From the NCBI RefSeq assembly GCF_009914755.1, contig NC_060936.1: a stretch of 64,000 bases of DNA; one strand, 5' to 3'. Position 1 is the first letter of the stretch. Every line of letters starts with the position of its first letter. A model generated the notes under the pieces. It had not been told where the DNA came from and made no database searches. It saw only the letters and a program-made list of their open reading frames with translations. A program made the translations under genes and the position numbers. This document shows positions 1-17,033 of this stretch, in pieces. Origin of the DNA: the human T2T-CHM13v2.0 reference genome, Homo sapiens.

Positions 1-988
1 GCAGGAATAATGATGCGCCAGAGAGAATTCTGGATTCGGGAGAATCAGAGACTTAACAAATATAATGCTGACAATATGACCATTATGACACAAGAACCTA
101 TTTGTATCCATTGTCCTTTCCTCGCCTGAAATAACCTATTGCTTCCTACTCGGTGATGACATTTTTCAGGCACCAAGAGTTGCCCGTGGAACAAGAAGTA
201 CATAAACTTCCTTGCTTTGTAGAAAACAGATTCCGTTTTATAAGTGGTTTAGTATTTAGACACTACCTCCAAAGGTTGGGAAGGCCCTTACAAAGCAACA
301 GGAGTCGGCCAGAATGAAAAGAATCAGCCGATGGCTGGGAGGCGGAGGCTTCAGTAAGCCGAGATCGCACCACTGCACTCCAGCCTGGGCGACAAAAGTG
401 AGACTCCATCTCAAAAAAATAAAAATAAAAAAATAAAAATAAATAAAGGAATGATAGACTTGCCAATCTGCCTTGGAGAAGCAACAGACGGCTAAATCGT
501 AGGGTTCCTGGCATTGCATTTGCCCACATTTGCCAGCAGATGGCGACGTGATCCTGCAATGTTGCATTAGTGCAACCCCGGGCAATGAAAGGTCAGGGAC
601 AGGGCACCTGAAGCTGGCTACTTGGAGACTTGGGAACCTCATCTATTGCTTTGCAGAGGTCCGAACACCACTAAACACATTTGGGAGGGAGGAACAGAGG
701 AAGGTCGACCAATGACGTGTTTAAAACAGCTGCAAGGATCGGATGAAATTTGCAATTGGCTTGAGCTTGAACTCCAGATAATCTCCAGAATAAAGACATG
801 GGGGTGGGAGTTAAAACAAAGAACTTGATGCAAATTAGGGTCAAACAATGATCCCCTTATGGCACATCCATTCCAAGGAATATCTTCAGTCATTAGAAAA
901 CCAAGTGGTGGTCTGAGCACGGTGGCTCATGCCTGTAATCCCAGGGCTTTGAGAGGCTGAGGCAGGCAGATCACTTGAGGCTGATTCA

Positions 989-2630
<1,642 letters not shown>

Positions 2631-3130
2631 TCAAATGCTAGACTATTTAACATGGAAAACCATTCCCATTACATTGTTAGGTGAAGAAAGGGAGAGAGAG
2701 AGAATGGGGCCCCAGGGCTGCTGGGTTCCATAGCTCCCTGTGAATGATGGCCCTTGGAGATGCAGAATGAAATGTGGGATTTCACCCCTCTCCATGATCC
2801 ATGCATGCGTGGTGGAAATTGACTCTGGCTGCCCAACTCCGCAGTGGCGTCAACTCACTTTCTCTCCAACTCATCCTTCAAAGCCCTTTAAGGGATATTT
2901 GGTTACAACATGGTAAAATATAATGAGATTCCAATTTTTGTTTCTATTAAATATATTAATATATAAGCGCATGTGTGCATGAAAATAGATACACATCAAA
3001 GGATAACAGTGGTTGTCTACAGGTAGAAAGGTTATGGAGCTTTTATTTTCTCCTTCATATTTGTATTGCTCTAATTTTCTGTAATGCAATGTATTAATTT
3101 GCAATTAGAAAAATATATATATGTATTTTA

Positions 3131-3412
<282 letters not shown>

Positions 3413-4254
3413 TTAAAAGATAAAAATAAAAACATGTTGTTTTATTCTGTAAGTCTTCTCTGCCTGCCTCACTCACATAGTAACACTCCTTTTATCCTCA
3501 CATTTATAACCCTGTTTAACAGGTAGTGGCATAATTGCTTATCTTCTCCAACAGACATCTGAAGACAGATATCATTCCTAATTTATCATTCCATCCAAAA
3601 CCCAGAAATGCCTGCCTTTGATATGCCTGGTGAACATAGTACGCATTACCAAATACTAAGCAGTATCTTCTGTGTGAAGCCTACATTAAAATTTTATTCA
3701 AGACTTTGTACCCTTTGAGGAGACAGTAATACAGTCCCTTCAATGCTTTATATTATCATGAAGGATTATTTCCCTTTTTGCCCTTGCTGCCAGGAAGCTT
3801 ACTTGCATCAACTGTGTTGCTGGCTTACAGTTGCACATCTGATTCTAACTTTCTTCCTTGAGTCTAATGTGTGGCATTTCCTCAACTTCTTTTTGAAAAT
3901 AAACCAGCTACACTCAGTGTAGCTCTATGCATGAGGTAGGAATAAATAAATAAATAGTGGCTACTCTGTTGAGGATAAAATATTTTCTTTGGAAATCCAA
4001 AGTGGTATTTTATCCTAAGAGGGATGGTAGCATCAACATCTAAGGGTGCTCAGGCACAATGTGTCCAGAACCAGAGGCTTGGAGCAACTCAGTTTTAAGC
4101 CCCGGAAGGGATGAAGCATCTTCCAGTTCTGTATACTCCCCAAGTACCTACACAGAGCTGGGCGAAGAGTAAGCACCCTTTAAATACCTGCTGCGTGAAT
4201 ACTCAGGGCTCAAAATTCCGTATCCTTGCCATGCAAGGGGTCACAAAGTTTAAC

Positions 4255-4480
4255 CCAGGGTTTCTCAGCCTTAGCACTTCTGACACTCAGGCCAGTGAGT
4301 TCTTTGTTGTGGGCTGGTTGTCCTGGGTGTTGTGGGATGTTGAACAACATCCTTGGCCTCTACCCACCAGATGCCAGTAGCACCCCTGCACATAAATTTT
4401 TTGACAATCAAAAATGTCTTCGAACATTGCCAAATACCCCCTGGGGGCAAAATCTCCCTCTGGTTAAACAGCATGGGTTT
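4255..4480 (+). mobile_element. MER20 (hAT) element
   Basis: cagggtttctcagccttagcac...cccctgggggcaaaatctccc hallmark text. Confidence 0.75.
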
Positions 4481-5138
4481 TTGCCAGGTGTGGTGGCATG
4501 GGCCTGTAGTCCCGGCTACTTGGGAGGCTGAGGTGGGAGGATCACCTGAGATCAGGGATTGGAGACCAGCCTGGGCAACACAGCAAGATCCCATCTCTAA
4601 AAAAAAAAAAATTAAAAATTAGTCAGGCATGGTGGCTCATGCCTGTAGTCCCAGCTACTCAGGTGACTAAGATGGGAGGATCACTTGAGCCCAGGAGTTC
4701 GAGGCTGCAGTGAGCAGTGATTGTGCCACTGCACTCCAGCCTGGGCCACAAAGCAAAACTTTGTCTCAAAACAAACAAACAAAGAAACAAAAACAACAAT
4801 AAAATGTCTTCAAACATTGCTTGAAGTGGGTGGTGTAAAATCTCCCACTGATTAAACAGCACTGGTTTCAAGCAACACCTTCCAGGTCCTAGAAGCCACC
4901 AACTACAATTCTAGAATACCAGGGCTGGAAGGACCCCATGCATTATCCTGTTGACATCCTTTCATAGACAGGCCAATGGGCCCAGAAATAAGAGACTGAG
5001 GCACAGCCCCTGCCCACAGGAAACAACAAAGGGTGATCAAAACGTGCCAAGGCAACGCGCTGCCCCGGCCCTGCTTGCACGCAGATTGGAGTTGCAGGTG
5101 GCTCCTCCATGTCATGGTGTAAACTTGTGCTAAAATTA

Positions 5139-5551
<413 letters not shown>

Positions 5552-5670
5552 TCACTTGAGCCCAGGAGTTCAAGACCAGCCTGAGCAATATATCGAGATC
5601 CCCATCTCTACTAAACATTTTTAAAAAATAACTGGGTGTAATGATGTGTGCCTGCAGTCCCAGCTACTCA

Positions 5671-5815
<145 letters not shown>

Positions 5816-7348
5816 AAAGAAGAATGCTGGTCTCTGAAGATGGGGATGGGACGCTGCACGTGCAGAGTGGCACATGGCAAGTGCTTCATAAATGTTTTTC
5901 TTTGTCTGAGTATGAATGGTTAAGAGGCCTATCCCACTTTTCGTGTTGGCGGAGGGTGCAGGAGGAAGAAGGGGGTAGCTGTGGGTATTTATTTAAGCCT
6001 TGGGTCTTCTCTGCACCAGCAGCATGCCCAGTTCCCTCTTCTGCAAGGGCTACTTTCCTGAGTCCCTGTTCACAAAATCGCCCGGACCCAGGAAAGAGTC
6101 CTGATCTGTCATCCCCACCAGATGGTTCTCATCTATAGAAACAGCTTCATTGTTTTCAGGAGAGAGAGCTCCACGCAGGCACGGGGCCCATAATCTCTAG
6201 ACAACGATCACATTGAGGACAGAAAACCTATGGCATTGGTGCCACCAAGTGGCACAGAAAGCAATTGTCGGTGTCTGTGCCACCCGCGCTGCCTTGCTCT
6301 CCACTTTCCATCTCTCCATCTTCTCCTCCTTCCCTTGAAATCGCACCGCAAGTGTCATTTGACTACACTGCCATCCTTCGAGGTCTGAAAGGGCTGCAGT
6401 GAGAAGAAAGGGCTTTACGATCACATGTGACTCGGCTCTGTAGTTCCTCCCCGTGCTAAATCAGGTCAATGAGCTGATTTGTGTCAAATAAATTAGCCCA
6501 GCCGGCTGCTAAGCTGCTCCAAGCCTATCTGTCTTGGGCTTCCAGGTTGGCATTTAGCAGGCTGCAGGCACAGCCCAGGCAGGTATGGATGCCACGGACG
6601 GAGCTCGAGGAGCACGCCCTGAAGTGCTGCCCAGATGCAAACCTCCCGGGAGAAACTGAGTCCAGCACGTGCCTAGGGAAGAGAGCACAGTGGATTCCAG
6701 CTCCCGACATCCTGCTGCAGATGCCACGGAGCATTTAGGAACATCTTTAGAAACTGAAGTCCTTTATACCCTCGAAAACCACCATGTAGACCAGCAGCTT
6801 GACAGGGCGGAGCTGGCTGGTGCTGGGGGAAATGTGGACTGCCTTGAGCTCAAATAATCTTACAACACCAGGTAGCCAGTAAGACGGTCCACAGATCCTC
6901 CCCCAGCCTTTTTATATTTTACATTTCTGCGTTTAGCAATTCACTAAAATAAATGACAGGCTCAGGAGATCTGGAGTGCAGTTTTCCCGATCTCTGCTCT
7001 CTCAGGAAAGTCGAGTCACGCCGAGAGACACCCTGCCGTGACAGGTTTCTTCAGCATCCCTAATGCAGGTCAACTCCGGCCGCGACAAATGCCTATAATT
7101 TATTTGTGCAGAACAAAAAGACTTCCTTCCCCACTGCATAAAATCAGACAAGGAAAAAGCAGGCAAAGCTAAACTCCTGTGCAATTATGAAAGGGTTTTA
7201 ACCTCTAACTGGGCTTCAATCTTCCAGGCAGGATGATAGAAGTGGAAAGTGCGCTTGCCTGCTCTGCAAATGAATTCGCTATCATTGGATTAAATCAATC
7301 TAACAGGAGCTAATTATTTTAAAATAATATGGACAGCAGGGTCCTACC

Positions 7349-7394
7349 TTTATTTACATACAAATACAAAATCCACGTTTATATACAAAATACA
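7349..7394 (-). terminator. Candidate distal SPRING1 poly(A) signal with a UGUA (CFIm) cluster
   Basis: Minus-strand AATAAA at 7354-7349 is preceded by five TGTA motifs (7394-7355), including two TGTAHATA elements. Downstream sequence is U-rich. Confidence 0.7.
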
Positions 7395-8147
7395 GGCAAA
7401 ACGCTCCAGCGGAACTTTAATTAGTGGTTATCTCTAGGGGCTGGGAATCTAATTTGGCACAATTTAATTTCTTTGTAAGTTCATACATTTTAAGGTTTCT
7501 GCCTGGTAATCACAAAAGCAGAGAAAGGAAAACCTTTTACTGAGCTGAGCAATGCCTGTAGAAGCCCTGCTTAGTAGGAGTTCCAAGATGCTCTGTGTAT
7601 CTCAGGTGAAGCACACCTAAATAATTGAGCACTGCATTAAGGCTCAGAAACGTAGTACCGTTGTGTGCTTCTCTGCCAAAAGGCAGCTATTTTTATGACA
7701 GAAAACACAGCAGCTGTTTTCACAGGTGCAGGGCAGCAGTACATGGGAAGTTGGTCCCAGCAGAGAAGGATATGGTGTCTCTTTAAAACTGGAGGAGGAA
7801 GAGGCAGAAAATGGTGAGCCCCAGTTGAAATCTGCAAGAGAGAAGGAGGAAGCCCTGGTTTGGAGAAAAACGGGCTCCAGATGGCTAGGCTACATTTGTC
7901 CTGTGAAAATCAAAAGCCTGGGACCCAGCCGCTGGGATACGAGGGCTCTGGTCTTGCTTTAACAGCCAGGGGGACTTTTGGCTTGTTACAAAAATTGGAA
8001 TTTGGATCTGCAAGATACGCTAGCCATCACCCTTAATTGACAAATGAGGAAACCAAAGCCGGAGAGGGTAATTTACTCAAGGTCATTAAGGTCAGTGCTC
8101 TTGTCAATAAAATTAGGATATTGCTCACATACTTCATACTGCTTTTG

Positions 8148-8149
<2 letters not shown>

Positions 8150-8187
<38 letters not shown>

Positions 8188-8196
8188 GCACACACA
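8150..8196. repeat. (CA)n microsatellite, read as (UG)n in the long SPRING1 3' UTR
   Basis: Direct reading. Confidence 0.95.
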
Positions 8197-8410
8197 GAGC
8201 CAATGTATGGAAACATCCCTGAGAATATATAATGTCATCACATTTACTATTCAAATTAGCATCAACTGGTCAAATATTTATTCAGGTAGTAACTTACTCA
8301 ACATTTCTATCTTGACATCCCCCAGTACAACTTAATACAATGCCCCAATCCCCACAGGACAGGACAACACTCTCTCTCGCTCTCTCTCTTCCTTAAGAAT
8401 AGTGAGATGT

Positions 8411-8762
<352 letters not shown>

Positions 8763-8790
8763 TCATTTAGACAACACTTTTTTCCCCTCC

Positions 8791-9071
8791 TCAGACAGGG
8801 TCTCACTCTGTGGCCCAGGTTGGAGCACACTGGCGCAATGACGGCTCACTGCAGCCTTGACCTCCTGGACTCAAGCCATCCTCCCGCCTCAGCCTCCTGA
8901 GTAGCTGGGACTACAGGTGTGCACTACCATGCCTGGCTCCTTTTTTTTATTTTTTGTAGAGACAGGGTCTCCCTATGTTGCTCAGGCTGGTCTCGAATTC
9001 TGGGCTCAAGCAATCCTCTCACCTTGGCCTCCCAAAGTGCTGGGATTACAGGTGTGAGCCACCACACCCGG
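8791..9071 (-). mobile_element. AluJ-type element, inverted relative to 8411-8701
   Basis: agacagggtctcactctg...gtgagccaccacacccggc; degenerate tail. Confidence 0.9.
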
Positions 9072-10194
9072 CTGCCAACACCACTTTCGATTTTGGGATA
9101 ATCTGGGTGCACAGTGATCAGAAGCTTACCTACCCCACGTTGCATAAAAAAAAGTATGAATTTAAAAATTCCAAGAGTAAACTACCCTATGAAAACCTCT
9201 GGCAGTGCTGATGAAAACACATTTCTGGTAGTGATATGTCTTGGTCCCTCTGGTCTCACAGAATGTGTAGTCCTGAGAAAAAATAAACCTGGACTCTTGG
9301 TAAAATATTTGAATAATTAACTGCTTTGCTCATTGGTTGTAACTGGCAAGTCATTCTCTTTACTACATTAAAGTCTGCACTTTCATTTTACAGACAGTCC
9401 TACGGTTCAACTCCAACATCAGGGACTGAGTCGTACACAGGAAGATCACTGAGTAGGTTCTGTGGAGACGCAGTCGGCCCATATGCACGTCACCACTCGG
9501 CTCCCAGCTCAGGTGCAGACCAACGGCGACCACTTGCTCCACTTTGCTCTGTGACAGCAGACGAGGTAAGGCATGTTGCAGATACATGCTGAATATAGGG
9601 ATGCCTGTACACAAAACTGCACTCATGCTGTGATAACACGCAAAAGGTCACACACTGGAAGAGCCTTGCCCAACGAACGATAGACTAACAGGCCAGAGGC
9701 GGGGAAAGCTTCTCGGAGTCCCACTATCTTCTTTGTTTTTATTGCTCCTACTTACTTATGTGATACCTTTTTAGTAGAATGACTAGTTTTCTAAACAGAA
9801 CCTGTAATGACAGGCTCACATTTCTTCCTCAACTCCCACCTCCAAAGCCACTCCATTCAAAGAACTGCTGGTGAGGTGCTGGGGAGTCAATCCGTCGTAG
9901 AGGGGAAGCGTTCTACCCCTCCAGATCCTTCTGCAGACAGGAGGGTGTCTGCATTCGGCGGAGTCCAAGAGTGCGGTGAGGACACAGTGGCAAAGGAATA
10001 ATGCCATTCCTTGAGGCAGCGCTGGGCTAGTAGAGACCTGTGAGGAAGTAATGTGTCCTGTGGGGATTTCAGGGTAATTTAATCAGCAGCACTTCAGCAG
10101 GGTAGAAAGCAAGGGCGGGGAAAAATAATGAAGTCAGCACTCAGCTACCAGGAGCTCCTCTGTTCAATCTAACGGGGAGATATGACCCCAGAGC

Positions 10195-10390
10195 AGGGCT
10201 TCCCTCCCTCCACCCGGCTCCCACTTCCAGCCAGGTAATTCTGTGTCGTGGGGGCTGTTGGGCACCATCCCTGGCCTCCCTCCACGAGTGCCCACAGTAC
10301 TGCCCTCCTCCCCACCTGTGACAAAAATGTCTCCAGACATTGCCAAATGTTCCCTGGGGGGCAAAATTGCCCCTGTTGAGCACCACTGCC
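10195..10390 (+). mobile_element. MER20 element within the extended SPRING1 3' UTR
   Basis: aaaaatgtctccagacattgccaaatgttccctggggggcaaaattgcccctgttgag hallmark text. Confidence 0.75.
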
Positions 10391-11671
10391 CTAGATGAAC
10401 TGGAAAAGTTGGTTTGTGAATATGTGAGCTTAGTTGTTTCTAACACAGGGCTGAAAAACAAGAGAAGGGGACAAAGGCTGCTTTCATATAAAAATGTACT
10501 GTAGTAATCAGTAAGAAAAAGAAACAACATTGGCTAAGTCACGAATAGGCATTTCACCATATGTACATGATAAATGGCCAATCAAAATAAGGAATGGGGC
10601 TCATTCTGCTGGAAATTAAATACATTCAAACAAGAACAGAGATCCATTAGCAAAATGTTTAAAAATAATATCACAGGGTTACCAGGGGTATGACAAAAAT
10701 GGACACTTCCATACACACTAGGTGAATATATTGGTGAAAATAGTTCAGATAAACATACAACCATGTATGTAAAAGTATTTATCATCAATGCATTATTTGT
10801 AGTAGCAAAAACAACAAGCAGCCTTGGAAACCAGTTAATGTCCTCAGCAGGGAATTAATAATATTATTGTATATTCATGAAATTGACACCATGTGGCCAC
10901 ACAAATGCATTACACAGGCCTCTATGTAACATAGGATATTCATTAGAGAATTGTTTTTCAAGAGGACAAAGTACTTTCATTTTTGCCTAGAAAATGGGGG
11001 AAGACAAAAATGCGCTTCTCTCTAGGTTGTGTGATTTTAGGTTATCCTAAGTTTCATCCTTACGTGCTCCTGAATTATCTGAAATATCGTATCTTTAAAA
11101 ACAGTAACAACAATAGTAACAAGAGCTCTGTAATTCCTACCCTTCCAACCTCAGGAGCCCACCCACCCCTATCCGAGCCGACCCCTGACTGCCCCTGCCA
11201 TTGCTCCCTGCTGAGTTGCAGACATTGACTTCTTGCCAAGCCTCAGGCCTTGCTCACATCGACACCTCACAGTGACCCTGAGAGGCAGATGCTGTGACCC
11301 CATTTCACAGATGAAGGGCCTGAGCCACAGAGGAGGAAGACTGCCTCAGCCACGCCGCTAGTAAGTGGTAGTTCCCAACTCTAGAGTCCCAAAAGAATTC
11401 TGTCCTACTTATGAAAAGTATATCCAATAAGCAGTACCTCCCTGTGTTTACAACTTATCTGCTGATCCCAAGGATGGGAAAAGCTGCACTCAGAAACTTG
11501 CAAATTGTGCAACTGTTCCCCACGATTCCCTTGGGGCCAGTGCCGACTGAGGCATCTCCAGGAGGCCCCAGTTGGGCTTGGGGACATGCTGAGAGGTGAC
11601 AGCACTGCTCTCAAGTCATATCCTCTGCTTCTGCAAAAGCTGTGGAGCTCACCCATCAATAGCAGCTCCAT

Positions 11672-11977
<306 letters not shown>

Positions 11978-12195
11978 CTAGCATTGCCAGATCCCAGGCC
12001 CTGTGGAAGGTATTTCCCTCCCTCTTTTGTCCTTGCTTGTCTCAGAGCCCTTTTCACAGTCTCTTGTGTGCTTCTTTCCCTGTTAGGACCAATCTTTACA
12101 ACTCCAGCAAGCGCAGCAAATAAGATGCAGAACTGGGGGAGATGCGACGTATGACTCAATTCCCTTGAGCCGAAAACACTCACTTATTAACAATA

Positions 12196-12435
<240 letters not shown>

Positions 12436-12976
12436 TAAACTCCCAAGGTGTATCACACACTTCGCTGGGCTCTGGGCAAACAAAACTTAGACAAGGTCCC
12501 TGATTCTAGAAACCCTCGGTCGAGGGAACCACAAACCAACCAGAGTGGAGGGCAGGGAGAGGTCCTAGGTTGGGAGCTGGGAGCCTGGAGCACGTGCCAG
12601 GTGCTCTGCAGCCCGGCTTCATTATGGAGGCTCAAGCGCTGTGAATTTCCAAAAACAGTGAACACACCCCTAGCTGATTGAAATACAAAAAACATATTCC
12701 ACAGCCAAATGAAAATGACTTTTGGATCCTCCACCTGATTTGGGTGTTTATGCCGCCTCGCCCCTCTTTTGGCCTGGACAATTGAAATATATCTGCTCTC
12801 AGGGGAGACGCCCACGGTGTCAGGGCTGGAGTTGGCAAGAGACAGGGGGAAGAGGACTAGACCTGGAGTCAGAGATGAAGTTCTTGTCTGGGATCTGTCA
12901 CTAAGTCTCAGCGGGGACCCAGGAAGTCACTCCACCTCTCATAGTTCCTCATCCACAAAGTGGAAATACAAGCAAG

Positions 12977-12982
12977 TTTAAT
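12977..12982 (-). terminator. Candidate proximal SPRING1 poly(A) signal (ATTAAA)
   Basis: ATTAAA on the minus strand about 2.0 kb after the stop codon, followed by CTTGCTTGTATTT (U/GU-rich). Confidence 0.55.
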
Positions 12983-14966
12983 TCTCCATCGTAAGGTTGG
13001 AGCTCCTGTCTGTGAAAGGACTGGAAATGTAAAATGCGCTCTTCAAGTACAAAGGCAGAGAGGATCCATAAACAGGCACAGGCTGCCCTTTGGTATAAAC
13101 TGTTCACATTAAATCTATGTTATGTTGCTCAAGAGTTAAAATAAGCTCAAAGGAGAGGCTGATTCCAATGTCAACCCAGGGAAGACAGACACTGAAATTC
13201 CAAACTGAGTTACCAAAAACAATAGATGGATGAGACATGCAGACATGCCACAATCCGGCACATCAGAGTTCGATGTAGTCCTGCTGCAAACACATGGAAT
13301 CCGAGAAGTCCAATGCAAACGGAATAGATTTCTTGGGATCTAATATTTTTCAAATTGCCTGACCAGCTTACCTTCTAGGAAAACTTATTTAAGGGAGGCA
13401 AATAATTTGGGGAGATGAGTATAAGAGGTAGTAGGAGGAAGCTAAGGGAAATCACCACTACATATTGCAGGAATGTATTAGAAGGCAAATATGGCCCAAA
13501 GAAAAAGCTCCACTGAAAAAAACATTGAATACTGACCACAGAATTAGCACCTTGCTCCCAGGTCAATAAAGTGAACCAAAAAAATTACAAAGACCTTGCT
13601 CAATCCTGAGGTTCGTGAGGAATATAGGAGAGTTGTGTGTTCACGTGACTCCTGAAAACAAAGAGCAGTACTATTCGAAGGGCATGATGTCTTGATCTTA
13701 GGATCAAATATTCTAGACCTTGAGCCGGAGAATCTGCATTACAGTAGGAAAAATGGGGAGTGCTTTATGCCTGTGGATTCAGGACACACCAGCAACCTAC
13801 ACGTGTAGCATTCTCTAAGTCATAATGACCATTCTCATCTCCCACTGAGGGCAGGTGTAAGACTCTTCTCTTGCAGTGCTCTGATAGAAAGCTGGGTTTC
13901 TTCTTCTTCTCTATAAATCATAGGGAAACCAAATATTTGTACCTGTTACAGCCCCAAAGCTGAAAGCAATAAAGAATAAACACATACAGCAAGCTACGAG
14001 GTGCGTCTGTTTAGGAATTGCCTCAACGTTGGGTTTCTATTGATAGAACAGGGGAGGAGGTTGCCTCTGACCTTCCTGAGGCTCCCACTGTACCCTGGCT
14101 GAGTAGCCCACAGTTAATTTTAAGTGGCAAAAGAAATGAGAACAAATTCCTCCAGGAAGAGAAATTAGATTTCTGCTAAAACAGTGCTCTCCATAGGGTA
14201 TATGAGCACATTCGACTACCACTGGAAAATAACCTGAGGGCAGGCACATGGTGCCCACTGTTAGAAATCGTGCAGTTAGATTAGAATGGAAGAGTGTCTG
14301 AGTTTTTAGATAATTTTACACGTCAGGATATGGCTAACAGGTCACGTTCAGGGCCTATGCTTGATACTGTCGAAATACAAACAAAAATAACTGCCTAGAG
14401 AGAATATTCACGTCCTAAAAGAGAAAATGTTGTATCTGGGTGGAAGAATGATTTAACTCCTGAAACTCGAGAACACAGAACAACAACAAAAATAATTTCC
14501 TTGAACATATTCAACTAGAATGGCAAGGCATTTTCCTACATAAAACATTAGAATGTTCCCATTACTCCAAAGGAATCCAATAAATAATTTTACAGTGAAA
14601 GAGCCTGGATCAAAACTGGAAGTGACACCGGCCCCCGATGAACACAAGTCACAGGTCCCTGTGCAGGTCCCAGGGCTGAGTCATCCAAGAACTCCACCAC
14701 CACCGTGAGCCCGGCCTCCGGTTTCATCTTTCCCGAATGGGACTGGCTGGAGGGGCCAAGCTGCTTTACAGAAGAGTTCCATCTGGTAAGCCCGGGTGGT
14801 GAGCGAAGCCAAAGATGACAACACGAGAAGGGGTCAAAGCCAAGGTTTCCTCACGCTGCCTTTGTCTTCTTCCTGCAGCCTGGCCCGATGGCTGAAGCTG
14901 GGTCCCAGGAGGCGAGTTCTTCAGCGGGGCCTCCTCACCCAGGCTGGAGCAAGTCCGCTGCACCCG

Positions 14967-15050
14967 TCAAGCGGGGAAGAGCTCGGGCGGGCTTTCTCCA
15001 TAGCAATACTTTGCTATGGGGTCCCGGTAGGTGTTCTCATGCTGCACGCT
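14967..15050 (-). CDS. SPRING1: SPRING1 coding exon 5 to stop ([27 protein letters not shown])
   Basis: Acceptor ttgccaacag|AGC; TGA at 14969-14967. The spliced total is 205 aa. Confidence 0.97.
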   Translation of the reverse strand, partial: SVQHENTYRDPIAKYCYGESPPELFPA

Positions 15051-16919
15051 CTGTTGGCAAAAGGAAAATAAGAGCGCAGTGAGAGCGAGCACAGCTTCAC
15101 ACACCTCCCTCTCGGAAGAGTGAGAGTGGATCGGGACTGTCAGACTCTCCCTGCAGGGGGCTGGCCGAGTCCATCTCCAAATGTCACTAAAGGCTCCAGG
15201 GCACTTTCTGGAACAAAGAAGAATGCTCAACCCAGAATGCCAATGAAGAGCATGAACACAGACATAACATCGCTGTGGGACTGTTTCTTTTTATGTACAC
15301 CAGTGAGTTTTTAAATAACTTTGCTGTGACCTGGTGACTCAAGACAACTACTTTTCCTCAAATTACTTGAAACAGTCTAAGATCCAATGGGTGTTTTGCA
15401 CCTGATCCTGAGCTTCACTCAGTTCCCGTAAGGAACCCTGCAGAGACACTAAGGAGATGCACTTTAAATTGCTTTCATAAAGTTTATGTACCTAAAAATT
15501 TGGGGCATGAGCCAAATCCTACAATACCATGCAAGCCTCATTTGGCTAAGCAAATTGGAAGTGTGATTTAAAGCAGACAATCATTCCTGATGGCTAATTT
15601 TTCAGCAATTTGTTTTCATACAAGCAACTTGGGTTTTTGGCTAGTCTAGAATTCATTAATTAGTCCAAGACCAATGCTAAGCAACAAACTTGTAAATATT
15701 CATCCAATTTAACAGACATATAGCCAAGTCTTCTCTTTCTTGGGATACTTTTATCAAAACAAATCAAATGGCAATTGGGAAATCTTTTTATGGTAAAAAA
15801 GACCAAGTCCTAAAGTATAGTAGCTTCACTGAAGACTGGAAATAATTCCTGGGTTTTATCAGTGAAGGAAAGAAAATACTTCGCCTTTTCTAGCGTTTCT
15901 CAGAATGAGAGAGAATCTGAATCAAAATGAGTCATGTGTTCAGCCTTCCTCCTCATTTCCTTTAAAGCTCATTCAAGTGGAAAGCTCTTCAAGCAAAACA
16001 AGACCATCAGGAATTTCTTAATGTTTTCAAATGCTCATTATAATCCCTGAAACATTTACCCAATGATACTGAATGCTCGCAGAACAAACCAGAGACATGA
16101 GAAGGGGCATAAAATCCAAAGGTGGACTACAGAAATCTGGCAAAGGGTACAAGAGCTTTGGAGAATGACAAATGAGTCCGTTATCTCAGACGAAGCCAGT
16201 AAAATCTTAGAGACACCATGAATAGGAGCCAGAAGAAGTGTGCTTGTATAATAAACACGTCTGGTGATTTTACAAAGAGAGCTATGACAACTGCCCAACC
16301 ACAATAGCTGAGAGCCGAGGAGACAGTGATGAAAAGGCAAAAGACTTTCAGATGCTTTCAGCAGCAGGTGCAATAATATTTAATGCCAAAAGAGTGAAGC
16401 ATTTAATGACAGCACGCTAATATGTATTGAGAGCCTGACAGCCTACAGATTTATTCGTGTATTTTTAAACATTCACCTGCCTCATCCCCTTGAATCCTAA
16501 AATAAACAGCGACTCCATCCCAGAACAAATTGCTACTTACTCTAAACAAGTGGTTACTGGAAAGCCTTAGTCAAATTTCAAAGACAGGGAGGAGGGCCTT
16601 CTCTTAGAAGCTGACTATTAGGACTCTACCAGACTTAAAAATAATTTTAAGCTTCCACTTAAGGAACAAATGTACCAACCACATAGAAGAGATGCCAGTT
16701 GATTAGACCTTGATTTAATATAAATGCTTCACCTCCCCTAACTTGTATAAATCTCACGTTGACATTTTAAATACTATCATCACACCAAACAAAGCGTGAC
16801 ACGGCTTCGAGTCTCTTCTCCCTTACCACCCCACCAAAAGGATCGACAGTGTGTATTTTCTAGTTTCCTTCTAACCCGTCAGCTGCCATCCCACAGCTAG
16901 AGACATCACAGCTTCTGAC

Positions 16920-17033
16920 CTGAGATGAGGTCCTGCATTTGGCCAGGCACAACTCAAAGTGATCTTCGACTGCCATGAAGAGGTTCTGGAATGCCACGGC
17001 TGCCCGGTTGAGGAAGCGCTCCAGGAGAAGTTG
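16920..17033 (-). CDS. SPRING1: SPRING1 coding exon 4 ([38 protein letters not shown])
   Basis: Acceptor tccatag|CAA; 114 nt; donor CAG|GTCAGA. Not in the ORF track; read manually. Confidence 0.96.

Noticed and set aside
9326-9626. 87-88 aa ORFs in unique 3' UTR sequence
   Set aside because: No recognisable domain, composition bias or splice context; length is within chance.
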